Assembly: GCA_030704615.1 (NCBI GenBank)
Contig: CM060733.1
Location: 3,596,001-3,660,000, forward strand
Source of the DNA: Takakia lepidozioides
Lineage: Eukaryota; Plantae; Bryophyta
DNA length: 64,000 nt
Direction of reading: 5' to 3'
The notes below the pieces were generated by a model that was not told the DNA's origin, searched no databases, and saw nothing but the letters and a program-made list of their open reading frames with translations. Positions 49,836 to 62,513 of this stretch are shown in pieces. The translations under genes and the position numbers were made by a program. The number at the start of each line of letters is the position of its first letter. Positions within the stretch are counted from its first letter, which is position 1.

Positions 49836-51862
49836 GCATTGAGGATACGAAGGCAGTGTTCAACAATATGGCTGAATAAAATGTGGTGTCATGGACCGCG
49901 ATGCTTGCAGGGTATGCACAGCAGGAGAGCAAGACGTAGGCTTTGGAGACCTATGAGCAAATGATGGTGGAAGGGGTGAAGCCCGACCACATCACATCTG
50001 TGGGTTTGCAAGCCTGGCAGCCCTAGAAAAGGGCAAAGAGGTGCAAGGTGACATCGTCAAAGCTGGAATTGTACCAGATGTCATTGTGAACACTACCCTG
50101 GTGGACATGTATGCCAAACGTGGGTGCATTAAGGATGCAAAGGGAGTTTTCAACACTATGGCTGAACGAGATGTGGTGTCATTGAAGACGATGCTTGCAG
50201 GGTATCCACAGCAGGGACGTGGTATGGGGGCTTTGGAGACCTATGATCAGATGATGGGCAAGGGGTGAAGCCCAACCACATCACATTTCTATGCATTAGC
50301 AATGCGTGTGCAAGCCTGGCAGCTCTGGAAAAGGGCAAAAGAGGTCCATGGCGACATGGTCAGAGTTGCAGTTGTACCAAATGTCATTATGAACAATACC
50401 CTCGTGGACATGTATGAAGGGAGTGTTCGACAGTATGGCTGAACGAGATGTGGTGTCATGGAGTGCGATGATTGCAGGATATGCACAGCAAGGGCGCGGG
50501 ATGGAGGCTTTGGAGACCTATGAGCAAATGATGTGCGAAGGGGGTGAAGCCCAACTACATGACGTTTGTTTGCATTTGCAATGTGTGTGCAAGCCTGGCA
50601 GCCCTGGAAAAGTGCAAAGATGTCCATGGTGACATTATCAAATCTGGAATTGTACCCGATGTCATTCTGAACACTGCCCTGGTGGACATGTATGTCAAAT
50701 GTGCGTGCATTGAGGATGCAAATCGTGTGTGATGATTGCAAGATATGCACAGCAAGGGTGCGGGATGGAGGCTTTGGAGACCTATGAGCAAATGATTTGC
50801 GAAGGGGTGAAAACCAACCACATCACATTTGTTTGTCTTTGCAATGCGTGTGCAAGCCTGGGAGCTCTGGAAAAGGGGAAAGAGGTCCATGGTGACATCG
50901 TCAAAGCTGGAATTGTACCTGATGTCATCCTGAACACTGCCCTGGAGGACACATGTGGCTGCATTAAGGATGCAATGGGAGTTAATTTCAACACCATGGT
51001 TGAACAAGATGTGGTGTCGTGGAACGCGATGCTTGCAGGGGTATGCACAGCAGGGGCGTGGGATGGAGGTTTTGGAGACCTATGAGCAAATGATGGGGGA
51101 AGGGGTGAAGCCACATCACGTTTGTGTGCGTTTGCAGTTCATGTGCAAGTCTGGCAGCCCTGGAAAAGGGCAAAGAGGTGCATGGTTGCATCGCCAAAGC
51201 TGGAATTGTACCAGATGAGATTCTGAACAATACCCTCGTGGACATGTATGCCAAATGTGGGTGCATCAAGGATGCGGAGGGAGTGTTCAACAGTATGGCT
51301 GAACGAGATTTGGTGCTATATCAAACATCTATGCTGCAGCTCTCAGGTGGGATGATACTGCAAAGGTGAGAAGAATGATGAAGGTCAGAGGGGTTAGAAA
51401 GGAGCCAGATGACAAATTGCATCCCAGAATTAAGGAAATCCATGCTGAGCTAAGAAGATTGTCTGGGCAGATGAAGGAGGCGGGGTATGTGCCTGACACA
51501 CATTTTTTATTGCATGATGTGGAGGAAAGGAATTTTCTCTTAGCTACCACAGTGAGAAGCTGGTCATTGGTTTTGGGCTGATCAGCACGACTCATCAAGA
51601 ATCTTCGAGTGTGTGGAGACTGCCACACCTCCACCAACTTCATCTCAAAGATTGTTGGCCGAACAATTGTTGTATGGGACGCTAACTACTTTCCACCACT
51701 TTGAAGATGAGATTTGTTCTTGTGGTGATTACTGGTGAAAGGATGTTTTCTTGGAAAGATGCTAGTGTCTTGCTTCATTCATTGATCTGTGTAGCTACTC
51801 AGACCATCCACCAATTCCTGATAGTGGGGTCTACCCGGCATAGGTAGGAAGTCAGCCCACAA
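49836..51862 (+). pseudogene. PPR-DYW pseudogene mosaic plus start of the shared Helentron 3' region, cut by the CACTA insertion
   Basis: PLS repeats; CSCGDYW* at about 51738; 51313-51862 parallels 20989-21530. Confidence 0.88.
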
Positions 51863-52820
51863 CACTAGTACAGAAACTGGTTTTTTTAACGGCTCTTCTC
51901 ACACATTTTGGTGTGAAAAAAACGCAAGTTCACACCCCCCCTTGGTGTTAGGTTAACCTAGTCCTTTGCACCACATGTGAACTTTCTTGGTCCTGTGAAA
52001 AAAACCATCTCACACCAAACTTGCACCTGATGTGGCAGTAGGCTTAGGTGGCTCTTTTGACGGATATTTTGACTGGTTAGTTCAACTACTATTTTGACTA
52101 AGTAATCTTAATGGTCTTTCTACGGTACTTATTACACCTCGGCGCCACCATGTTTGCCACATGTATGTCAAAGGGAATGCCACGTAATAGAGTCCATCAG
52201 AATTATTAAATAAATAATAGATATTAAGGGCTCTTCTTACGGACTCTCTCACACAGATTTAACACCAGGTTCAAGTCGTGGTGTGATCGCAATGACACTA
52301 GTGTGAATACTGTCACATCCACTGTTTTGTTCCTATTGGATGAAAAGTAAACAATTATTATTTGTTGACAAATGCCAAAATGAATAGTCATATTATTATT
52401 ATTATTATTATTCTTATAATAAATGGGATAGCACCCCAAAAGCCATTGGCTGCTTGATTTAATATGTAATATATTATTGTTTTAGAATTTTGATTTGTTT
52501 TGTTTCATTTAAACAAAAGCTTATTTAAAACATGGATAATAATTGTATTATGAACCACATTGACCAGTAGTAATGTTATTAATATTAAATATAGCAAACA
52601 ACCAGCAAAATACCACATTCATGTCTACACAAGTTTAATTTGGCTTGATGTGGGAAAATGAAGTTGCCTTTGAACAAGGGGATCTTGTGATCATACATGA
52701 GAATAGCAAGAGCATCAATTCAAAAAATACTGTTCATGTCAGAAGAGCAGTTTTGTTCACCTGTCTCAGCAACCTTCAATCCATAAAGAAAACTAAACTA
52801 AACTTGTAGCATCTTCAATA

Positions 52821-55800
52821 TCACGCGTGTTTAATAAACTTTTCAGACCATAAGGTGGCACTTCCCTGCGTGTCACCCAATGTGGTATGATTAGGGGTAA
52901 CAGAGTAGTCCGGGTACGGCAACACAACCTCTGAAATCATGACCGATTTCACATGGATACGGTAATAGTTGTCTGGCACATTTGCTTTCGGAAATCCAGC
53001 AATATATCCCACTGCCCTTCTTTTTGGTGCACAAGGATCAAACAATAACACCTTGTCGCCGATCTGAAACTGCAACAAAAACCAGATTCCTATATCAGAA
53101 ATGAACCCTGGAGAACAGAGACTGACAGCTTGGCACTCCTGCAAAATGCATCCTCGTTCTTCCAGCAAACACCCCAACCCTACCTATTGCAGTACTTCCA
53201 ATTCTGAATTGCATTTGCCTGTCTCTATACTCCATGCTGACATGATCAAAGGTGGAACGGTGCCATACCTAGTTGATAGCAGGTTCTGCATGGTCAACAT
53301 GGATGTGGTAGGACGATGTCACAAAACTACCTTTGTAGGTTGTCAATCCTGCAGCTACACAGCGATACATAGGGGGTGTATTGATCCAGCATCAGACAAG
53401 GAAACAAAAGAGGACAAAGGAAGTACTTACACTGTGCGGATTTTGTTGGTCACCCCATGGTTCAGTTACATCCACTGTGGTTGTAGTCTGATTGATAGCA
53501 CATATTGTGCTTTCCCTGCCCATTGAACGCTTCACTGGTTTCACCATCTGCATATTGAATGACACATGATCAAAAAATGAGAATAGCACGAATGACACAC
53601 ATTGTGAAGTAGCATTAACAATACAAATCCACCCACGCGCCCAAGCATTGAATCTTTTGCTCTCACCTTTCTTTGATTATGCTTTGTTGTTGCATCGGGA
53701 GGCAAAGTCGTTGGAACTCTGGCAGCAGGAAGCCCTGGTTCGGATGCCTTTGCAGATTGTTGTGATCCACTACCCATGGCTGCAGTATTGAACAAGTAGT
53801 TGGGCTGCCCATATCTGTATGGGTGCCCTGACACATACTCAGGGATGTGTGCAGCCTTGGATACACCCTCTAACCAAGGCAGTAATTCTTTCATAAGCCT
53901 CTTGCAGTTTGGCTGATCCCTCAACTTCCATGGATACGGGAAGATGCAATTATTTGCAGGGTTGGGTAAGCAAGTGAGTGGGGAATCGTCCACCAGCAAA
54001 GTATTGGTTGGATTGTAATGGCTGTAGTCCTTCCAAAACTTACATAAGTTCTTGTACATGACAGTTTTAGAAGGATTGAGAGGGTCCACCATTCCCACAG
54101 GTTGGTCACAATAGTCTTGGTGAAGCACCATCTTTGGTTGCTTCCCAGGAAACAATGCTTTCACAACTGGAAGGACATTACTCAATGACATGGAAGACCA
54201 TACACCTACATCAAAAATCTGAAGGCATCGGTCCAGAAACTCCTGACACCCAGGTCTGGAGGTGACAGTGGGCTCTAGGTGTTCCCTTGTTCGTAGTCTG
54301 CTCTCACATAACAATCCATTCAAGTCAAGTATAAGGATGTGTTTCTGCCTCTCAGTTGCCGAAGGGCAATTACCAACAACTTGTACATGATTATCATGTA
54401 CAAAAGACACACCTTTCTGTGGGGCACTCTGCAAATTCATGGAGACCTCACAGGCATATTGAGAGGGTAGTACATATGCCGGAAGTGCTACTGGTGTAGG
54501 GGACAACAAAACGGATGAACACTTTGCAGTTGCCTCAACAATATGGGGGGATGGATTGAGTTCACCTTCAGACCAACCCTCCATGTCATCATCCCCCTCC
54601 ATTTCTGAAAGCCCAAACAATGAGCCTATTGTGTTTGGCTTTGGTGGCGGTGAAGAAACTGCCTTGAACAGGTTGAGTGGTGAGCCCATAACATGAGAAA
54701 TAGTCTCATTTGTTGTGTGTGGCGCAAAGGTGGTGCATGGTGGACCTGTAGGTTCCGAATCTGGCACATTCATGCCAAGTTTAGCTGCGAGCGCAATGTT
54801 GAATGCAGCTGCTGCCTCCAGTTGGCCTTGGACTGCTTCCAAAGCTGCCTTGGAGCTGGCTTCCATCTGCACTTGTTTGTTTTCCATAGCATCGAGGCGA
54901 GCTGCTAGTGAACCAATTCCCTGCCCCATCACATAGAACACCTCCAAAGTAACAATTCACTACACTGACTGATGAACTAGTAAGAAAACAGAACCAAACG
55001 GCAACTAGCAATGGCATGGAAATCACGAATATGTAATTCACACCAGAATTGGTACTGAGTTTATATACCGTTGTGGCTGCACTGCCTGTACACCCCGAGC
55101 CGTAGCCTTTGTCACTCCTGGCGCTACCGGCGATCTCCTGCAAACTTGGTGTACGTCCAGTCTCCTTCTCCTGTGATTGCAACAAACTTGCAAGTGTTAA
55201 TGACTAGCATAGCACACTGCCAACAGTAAAGAATTATCTAGGATAGCGTCAATGACTCCCCCTCAATAAGAGTGCTTAGTTTCTTGCTGGCGCCCAACTC
55301 TGAGAAGGCCCCCAAGTAGTAGCAATGTGTACTAATTCAATGGTGATAGGAATAGACTCTGAGCTCCAGCCAAAAAAACCCAACACATAAAGTTTGTCAA
55401 TGCAAAACAATGTGGGAACTTCCTATGTTGTAAGAGAAGTATACCAGTCGTGCTACAACACCGCTGATTCCACTGCGACCTGATCGAGATGTATTCTTCA
55501 CACATCCCCGCGCCTTGACACCATTTGCCTGAAATTTCTTGAAATCAGTGGAACCCCAACTAACAACTAGTTGTGCCCATGTCTTGTCTGGCACATGATG
55601 GGGTTTGGGCAGCCCCACACTATAGTAATTTTTGAACAGCTTATTTCGTTGGTACTTGAGCTGCCCGCAAATTGTTTTTGTAATAGCCTTTATGTTAAGA
55701 CCAGGAGGTCCGTATTCCCAATCTGAAGCCAGGATCTCCATGATCTTTTCAATTAAGTGTAATGGTTGATCCTGAGCATACAATGACCAGTCCAACAAAC

Positions 55801-58674
55801 GTTGACACTGCCCTCGCAGAGCTGTCATCCACTGGTTCCGAGCAGGACCTTCAGGGTTTCCAAGTTCATCACAAGAAATGAAAAATTTCCTCCTCCCTAC
55901 AGCCACATTCTGAGCAGCCTGGTCTCTCAGATCTTTTGCAAGTGCCCTTCTTTCCCTCCTTAAAGCATTTTTGCGTTCTATAGGAGTCACACCTGATGTC
56001 CCCCCAGGACTAAGGCTGGAATCCTGCAAGGTTTCAGCAGTACCATGCATGTTACCACCTTCACTCTGTTGGGGCTGGACTGCTGTCTCCCACCCCACAG
56101 GATGATGCGGAGCAAATGCATCCTCGGTCTGTTTCAGAATGCCTTTCCCTTTCAGGGTATTAGGTGTACCTGGAGATGTTGGATAAAGAGGTGGCCGCGG
56201 TGCAGTGAAGCTCGAAGGTGCCGGCAGTTGTACTCCACTGTAGTTGGATCCTGAAGGTTGGTGGCCACCATACTGGACCTGCCCCTGGTGTGGTCTTGCA
56301 GGGCTGGTAGGATAGAGGGAGGAAGTAGGTTGGTTGTACATAGGCCGAGGAGGATACATACTATGGGGATGCATTCCATAATGGTGGTAAATGGAATACC
56401 CACCTTGACTAGGATCATGCATTGGAGCGCCTGCAGGTGGAGCAAAAGAATTGTAATTCTGGCACTGAGAATCATTGTTTGGAGGTTGATAGTGAGGATA
56501 CGGCATGTGCCCATGCAGATTATACCCTGACATGGCAGGATACTGTGGGTACATAAGCGGATACGAGGGAGGAGCCGATACTGGTGGATACAAGGGAGCT
56601 GGAACGTCAGTCTGTGGAGTGGGCGGGGCTGGTTTTTCGTAAGGGGGAACAACCGCGCCACTCATCACAGCAGTTGGCGCAATAGTTGGTGCACACTTTG
56701 CTGGAGTAAGAGACTTATGCTCGTTCGCATCCTTCCCTGCAATTCCCTTCCTTTTTTTGACTGAACTCTGCACACATTGCTCAACAGAAACATGTGAAAC
56801 AATACGACCATACTACTAGGGATGGCAAACCACGTGGGTAAGCCAAGCCCAAAGGCCTATGCAAGAAGACCCTGTCAGTCAGACCTATGGTACAGTCAGC
56901 TGAATCGCATGCCTCATACCAGCGACCCTATGATAAATACCTGAATATTAGGAAGGAAGAACTCACCCTGCTAGATGAATCTGACGTGGAGGCTGAAGTG
57001 TCTAAGGCCATGTCAAAAGCATGAAGAATGTCCGAACAAAACAATGTTAGGCATAAACTTCCCTGAACTCGTTTCCAGTTTGTGACATGGGTGAGGACTT
57101 TGAGGATGATCTGAAGGGCAGACCTACCCTTGGCACTAGACTGAAAATTTAACCTCCGGATGGGGAGTCTACCTTTGAACAATAAACAGATGCAGAGAGG
57201 AAAGGGAGATTGTCGATGCTCACTGGTGTGGGTGGCCTGAAGACAATGTCCATTTTGTGATACAAGTCTGGGGTATTCTCATCAGAGAGCGACCCTCTTC
57301 AGGACCATCAAGAACATAGTCCCTGCACCTCTGTTCACCAACTATCAATATCTCAAGGCTGAGTCTAAAGCGGTGGGCCCTGTTGGGGTCTCATTGCTTG
57401 GTAGCCCACATACAACAAAACTGATGAACGTGTGAAGGGCTTTCTAAAAGGAATCTGGAAAGCCTGAACTAATGTTTATAACACGGTAAGTCCTACTAAT
57501 GGAGTGAGCCCCTCATTCTAATGGCAGACAGTAAATGTGTTGATCGACAAAACTGATATTGCTACCTCTGACCAGTTCCTGGTTTGGAATGAGATCAAAA
57601 GGTGTTTTCCCAACACCAAGAGATATGTGAAACATTCGATTCGGAAGTGGCGCATAGAAAAACTTCATAATGAGGAGGTCAAGGTTGAGTATGTCCAGGC
57701 CTTGCAAGAGGCTCTCCCTCTCGATGCAATCGCTCCAAGAACTTCAGTCTCGCTCTGATAACGCAAGAAATGAAGTCGAAAGAGCAGGGGACTCTTGGGA
57801 GAGTTTCGTTTCCTCCGTGGTTGACAAGATCATTGGGATGAAACTAATTGTCTGTGCTAGAGCTGTTAATTGGTGGACCAATGAGATTAAACTCAAGATA
57901 GCTGAGAGACGAGCCCTCTATAAAGAGTGCTGCAATTTGGAAACCAACAGAGAATTGTGGGCGAGGTACTACCAGCTCCGTAAAGATATCAATCAGCTTG
58001 TTAGGTCTCAGAACCCTAAATTATACTGGGACAAGTTATATAGTGTTTGAAACTCGGAACTTTGGTGCAGATCGCAAACCTGCTGATGGGTTGGGGAGTT
58101 TGCAGGGTGCTTTGCGCGCTTTCTCTTTGTTGGGGCTTCTTTCATCGTTTCCATCTCTGACTCCGAGCTGGTCTCATTCAAGTCTTCATGTGCGGCATAA
58201 TCTTGGTCTCGCTGCAATTCTTGCTCTCGTGCCTCCTCTGTGTCTGACTCCGCTACCACCTGCGCTTCCTCCTCTTGCTCTACCTCTTTCTCCCGTTGTG
58301 ACATTGCAGAGTGCAGGAGTTGAACTCTGTGACTTCGGCGAGGAGGACCTGTGTGTTTGAGGATTTCCTCAACGAGGCGTTTAGGGCGACTCAATCTCGC
58401 TTCGACGCTGCAAAGAAGAAGAAGAAAGACAATGTCAGCAGCAGCAAAACCCTAACATATCCTCTCTGCAGGTTTGGAGCTTTTAATGCGGTTTCATGGC
58501 TAGGGCTAGGTAGGGCATATGAAAAAACGCAAGTTCGGACCTCTTTGCAATGTCGTAGATCTTCAGTCGTGCGAAGAATGCCTTGTTCTCCGCTTGACGC
58601 TTTGCTCGTTCTACCTCCCTCGCTGTAGGCTTGCGCCCTGGTGTAACTTCTGGACACTCTATGTCTGTCTCCAT
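52821..58674 (-). CDS. CACTA second gene (TnpA/Ptta-like, multi-exon) with an FCP1/NIF-like HAD phosphatase domain
   Basis: Approximate exons 58674-58540, 58347-58080, 56770-55444, 55172-55070, 54945-53666, 53068-52821. KPHHVPDKTWAQLVVSW...KARG...SRSGRSG (Ptta-like); LILDLNGLL, RPGCQEFL, VGVWSS, LLVDDSP (NIF). Confidence 0.7.
57100..58005 (+). mobile_element. LINE fragments in an intron of the CACTA second gene
   Basis: 57100-57512 matches the LINE 3' ends in the ABC1K introns; 57530-58005 encodes an endonuclease-RT linker (SDQFLVW, WWTNEIK, WARYYQLRK). Confidence 0.75.
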
Positions 58675-58703
58675 TTCCTGACGAGTCTCACTCAGTCGCC
58701 AAG

Positions 58704-61700
58704 ATGATCCCTCCTACTGCCCATCGATTGCAAAGGCGGACACAAGCAGAACATGACGATGACAGATTGTGGAAACTAGAGGAAGCGCGAGCAAGAAGAC
58801 TGGGTCTTCGGAAAATTCTATGTCCATGCAATGCCTGTCATGGTGGGAACTGGCAAACCATTGGCCGGGCTAAGCGTCATCTGCTTTTGAACTTGCGAGA
58901 TCCTAACTTGCGAGAACTCCCGGTGCATATCTGTGGATTCTCTTCCCTTAACCCTGATGCATACTTTGAAATTATAAGAAACAGTTCAAATTCCTGGTAG
59001 CGGGATTGTTGTAAGGTGTAGAGTATTGTACATGCCCGTTTTCCTATTGCCACGTGCCTGTATTATGGCACGTTCCACATCCACCATTTCCAACCCTAAA
59101 CTCCCCATCTTATTGTGGATTGACATGTGGACTGATATGCTTATAAGCAGGAAAACTCTGGAGACGAACATGAGGGGTTTAGAACGGAAACCAGCCCTGC
59201 AGGTGGTCCTGATACCTTGGATCGTAATCTTGACATGCTTAGAATGCTCCGGGAGACATTCGCAACTACAGATAATGGGGTGCAAACTGGTGATGCACAT
59301 GAGGAACCGGGAGATGGAACACAGGGCCAATGGGACACAGATGGAGTGCCAGAGCAGACTGATGGTGGACTGAAGAGCGATGGTGATCGTGGTGCAGCGA
59401 GTGCCTTACGTTTTGAGCAGGAGGCATCCAGGGCTTTGTATGTAGGGAGTTCTTCCTCTCGATTGTCTGCTACCTTACTGCTGTTAAATGCTTGTCAAAC
59501 CCATGGTGTGTCAAACACCTTTGTCGATGAACTCCTTACATTGTTAGGAAGACAACTGTTGCCAGCAGACAATTGCCTGCCAAAGTCCCACTATGAGGCA
59601 AAACAACTCATAATGGAACTCGGGCTTCATTACGAGAGTATACATGCATGTCCGAAAGGTTGTGTGTTGTTCAGAAGGGAGCTTCAAAATTTGGAGGTTT
59701 GTCCAAAATGTCAGGCATGTCGTTATGTGGTGGGTACGAAGACACCAGTACCTCGTAAGGTCCTTCGACATTTCCCTATCATTCCAAGGCTGCTTCGAAT
59801 GTATAAAGCCAAATCCATCTCAGAGTTATTGTCATGGCACTTTAAGAATCGAAGTTTGGATGGCTTGGTTAGGCACCCAGCAGACAGCAAGGCTTGGGCC
59901 CACATTGACCAAAAATGGCCTGAGTTTGCAGCGGACCCCAGAAATCTGCGATTGGGTCTCGCATGGGATGGTGTCAATCCTTACAGTGATAAATCAAACA
60001 AATGGTCAACTTGGCCTGTCATGTTGGTAAACTATAATCTTCCACCATGGCTGTGTACTAAGCCATTTTTCACGATGTTGGCTTTATTGATTCCTGGACC
60101 ACAATCTGTGGGAAATGACAATGCAGATGTTTATCTGCAGCCCCTTGTGGATGAGCTGAAATTGTTGTGGGAAGTTGGTGTGGAGGCATTGGATGGAAGT
60201 AGCCTAGTGGGGCAACAGTCATTTCGCATGAGGGCCATCTTGATGTGGTCAATCCACGACTTTCCAGCTTATGGGTTGCTAGCAGGATGCGCACACGGGG
60301 GATACAAGGCCTGCCCAGCTTGCGGCCCTAATGTTGATTCCAGGTACTCCAAGGCATGCAAAAAAGTTTTGTATCTTGGTCATAGGAGATACTTGCCTGC
60401 TATTCATCCCTATAGGAATAACTCGTCCCACTTTAATGGACATGTGGAACATAGAGCAGCTCCTATGGTGGTCACTGCAAGTGAGCAATTTGACCGGGCT
60501 ACAACCAGAGAGTTGTATCTCGCAATGGGAGGGGCTAAGGGGGGAAAACTGGACCCTTCAAAGGAACATGGCATGAAACGGGTCACTGTTTTGAACCAAT
60601 TGCCATACTGGAAAGACTTACTCATCCGATACACACTGGATGTGATGCATTGTGAAAAAAATTGTGTGAGAATGTGCTGAGAACCATTCTTGGGGAGAAG
60701 GACACAGCCACATCTAGGAAGGATATGGAACTCAATGTCATTCGTGAACACTTGTGGTTGAGACCCCATCCCTCTCACCCGAACAAGTTGGTCAAGCCTT
60801 TGGCCCCATATGTTCTTACTGAAGATGAGAAGGTGCTGTTTTTGGAAACATTGGCTGCAGTAAAGGCCCCCACAGGTTATGCTGCCACATTCCAGAAACA
60901 TGTGGCTGACAATAAACTGTCTACAATGAAAACCCATGACTACCATGTAATGATGCAGCAGATTTTACCTCTTTGCATTCGAGGGGTATTGGGAAAGGGT
61001 CCACGGATGGCAATTATGAGGCTTTCTCGAGTCTTCCAAAAAGTGTGTGCAAAGATCATTAATCCAGCTGAGGTACCGGCCTTAAAAGAAGATGTTGCAA
61101 TCACTATGTGTCTGCTGGAGAAAGAATTCCCTCCGTCATTTTTTGATATCATGACTCACTTGCTTGTACACCTTGTGGACGAATTGGAGGTGTGTGGTCC
61201 CGTGTCTAGCCGTTGGATGTATCCTATGGAACGGTATATGAAGACATTAAAAGGCTATGTAAGGAATATGAGCCGACCTGAAGGGAGCATGGCGGAAGGG
61301 TATGCTTTGGATGAGGCCCTAGGGTTTCTAACTGAGTATATGGCTGAATTTCATGCTACAAGCCGAAGGGTGTGGGACTCCAATGAAGAAGACTCAGTTA
61401 GTGGGGAGGTGGTTGAAGGATTGGGAACTGTACGAGTCCTCACCATTCAAGAACGAGACAGTGCACACGAGTATATTTTGCACAACACAGATTGCATGAA
61501 ACCATTCCTTGAGTAAGTATGTTGCTTATCATATCCTGTGTGTTTCATTTCTGCCAATGGTATAAGCTGTAATCCTAATTTGCAATTCTCATTTGGACAG
61601 GGCCTATGAAGAGGAGATGGCACTCATAGAAGCATCCCGCACTGAGTTCAGAACAGCATACCTTTGTGGACAAGACCAAGACCACCACAATGGAGAAATT

Positions 61701-62513
61701 CCATACCCAACAGATATGCGCTTACTGGCTCCATTCCATGAATGGATTGAAGGTGCTGTCCAACGCAAGGTGAGTTCAGGTGAGTCCTATGATTTGGACA
61801 TATGCCATTTATGTATACCACCAGCAGTACAGTCATTGGGCTTCAAGTCCATGTATGCTTACGGCAATCACTTTCGAGCAATAAGTGATGGGACTGGCGC
61901 CAGAGACAGGGTGACATTTGATTCTGGAGTTGCTCAAGTATTCCATCAGGAAAGCGAAAACAGAGCAGGTATGTCCAGACGAGTGTTATCCCAATTGGAA
62001 TATGTGGGTGTTGTAAGAGAAATAATTCAACTGGATTACGGAATTCTTCACCCAATTCTGTTCTTGTGTACATGGGTGAGGTCACACATGGTGGGCCGGA
62101 ATGCCACCATGAAACGAGATGATTATGGCTTTCTCTTGGTTGACTTCAGTCGCATGTTGCCTGGGATGGAGCAGCCCTGGACATTCCCTAGTCAGGTGGA
62201 GCAAGTTTTTTTCTCGGATGAAAAAAGTTCACGAGGGAACTGGAAGGTGGTCCTTCACAAGGACCCTCGATCCCGACGAGTGGTTCACGATATTACAGAA
62301 GTGGCACTGGGTGAGGGAGACATTTATGTAGGCATGGTGCCTCCTGAAATTCCTCATAACATCATGACTGAGCTTGCTGTTTGTGTTCCTTTGAGTGAGG
62401 CAGATGAATTGGCCATTGCCAACTTGAATGCACCTGCAAGGCAGAGGCGAAATGGTAGAAGGCGGAGGCAAGCTCCACATGGGAGGTACCAAGCCAGTTG
62501 TGCTATGGTGTAG
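58704..62513 (+). CDS. CACTA transposase (TnpD/Tnp2), spliced, one frameshift at about 60665
   Basis: CPCNAC associated domain; IHACPKGCVLF, RHPADSKAW, RLGLAWDGVNP, YNLPPW, IHDFPAYG, LDVMHCEKN, KTHDYH, RWMYPMER, PEGSMAEGY; intron at about 61513-61600; final exon with DDYGF...FPSQVEQVFF. Confidence 0.93.

Noticed and set aside
18019-51643. Many minus-strand ORFs over PPR regions
   Set aside because: They are antisense shadows of PPR repeats.
18080-51740. Functional PPR-DYW gene or U-to-C (KP-type) editing factor
   Set aside because: All copies are broken by stops and frameshifts, and the DYW domains have HSE and PG-type features typical of C-to-U factors.
60651-60670. A AAA AAT heptamer at the transposase frameshift as a programmed -1 frameshift
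   Set aside because: A single-base loss by mutation or sequencing error next to a homopolymer explains it, and CACTA transposases are not known to need frameshifting.
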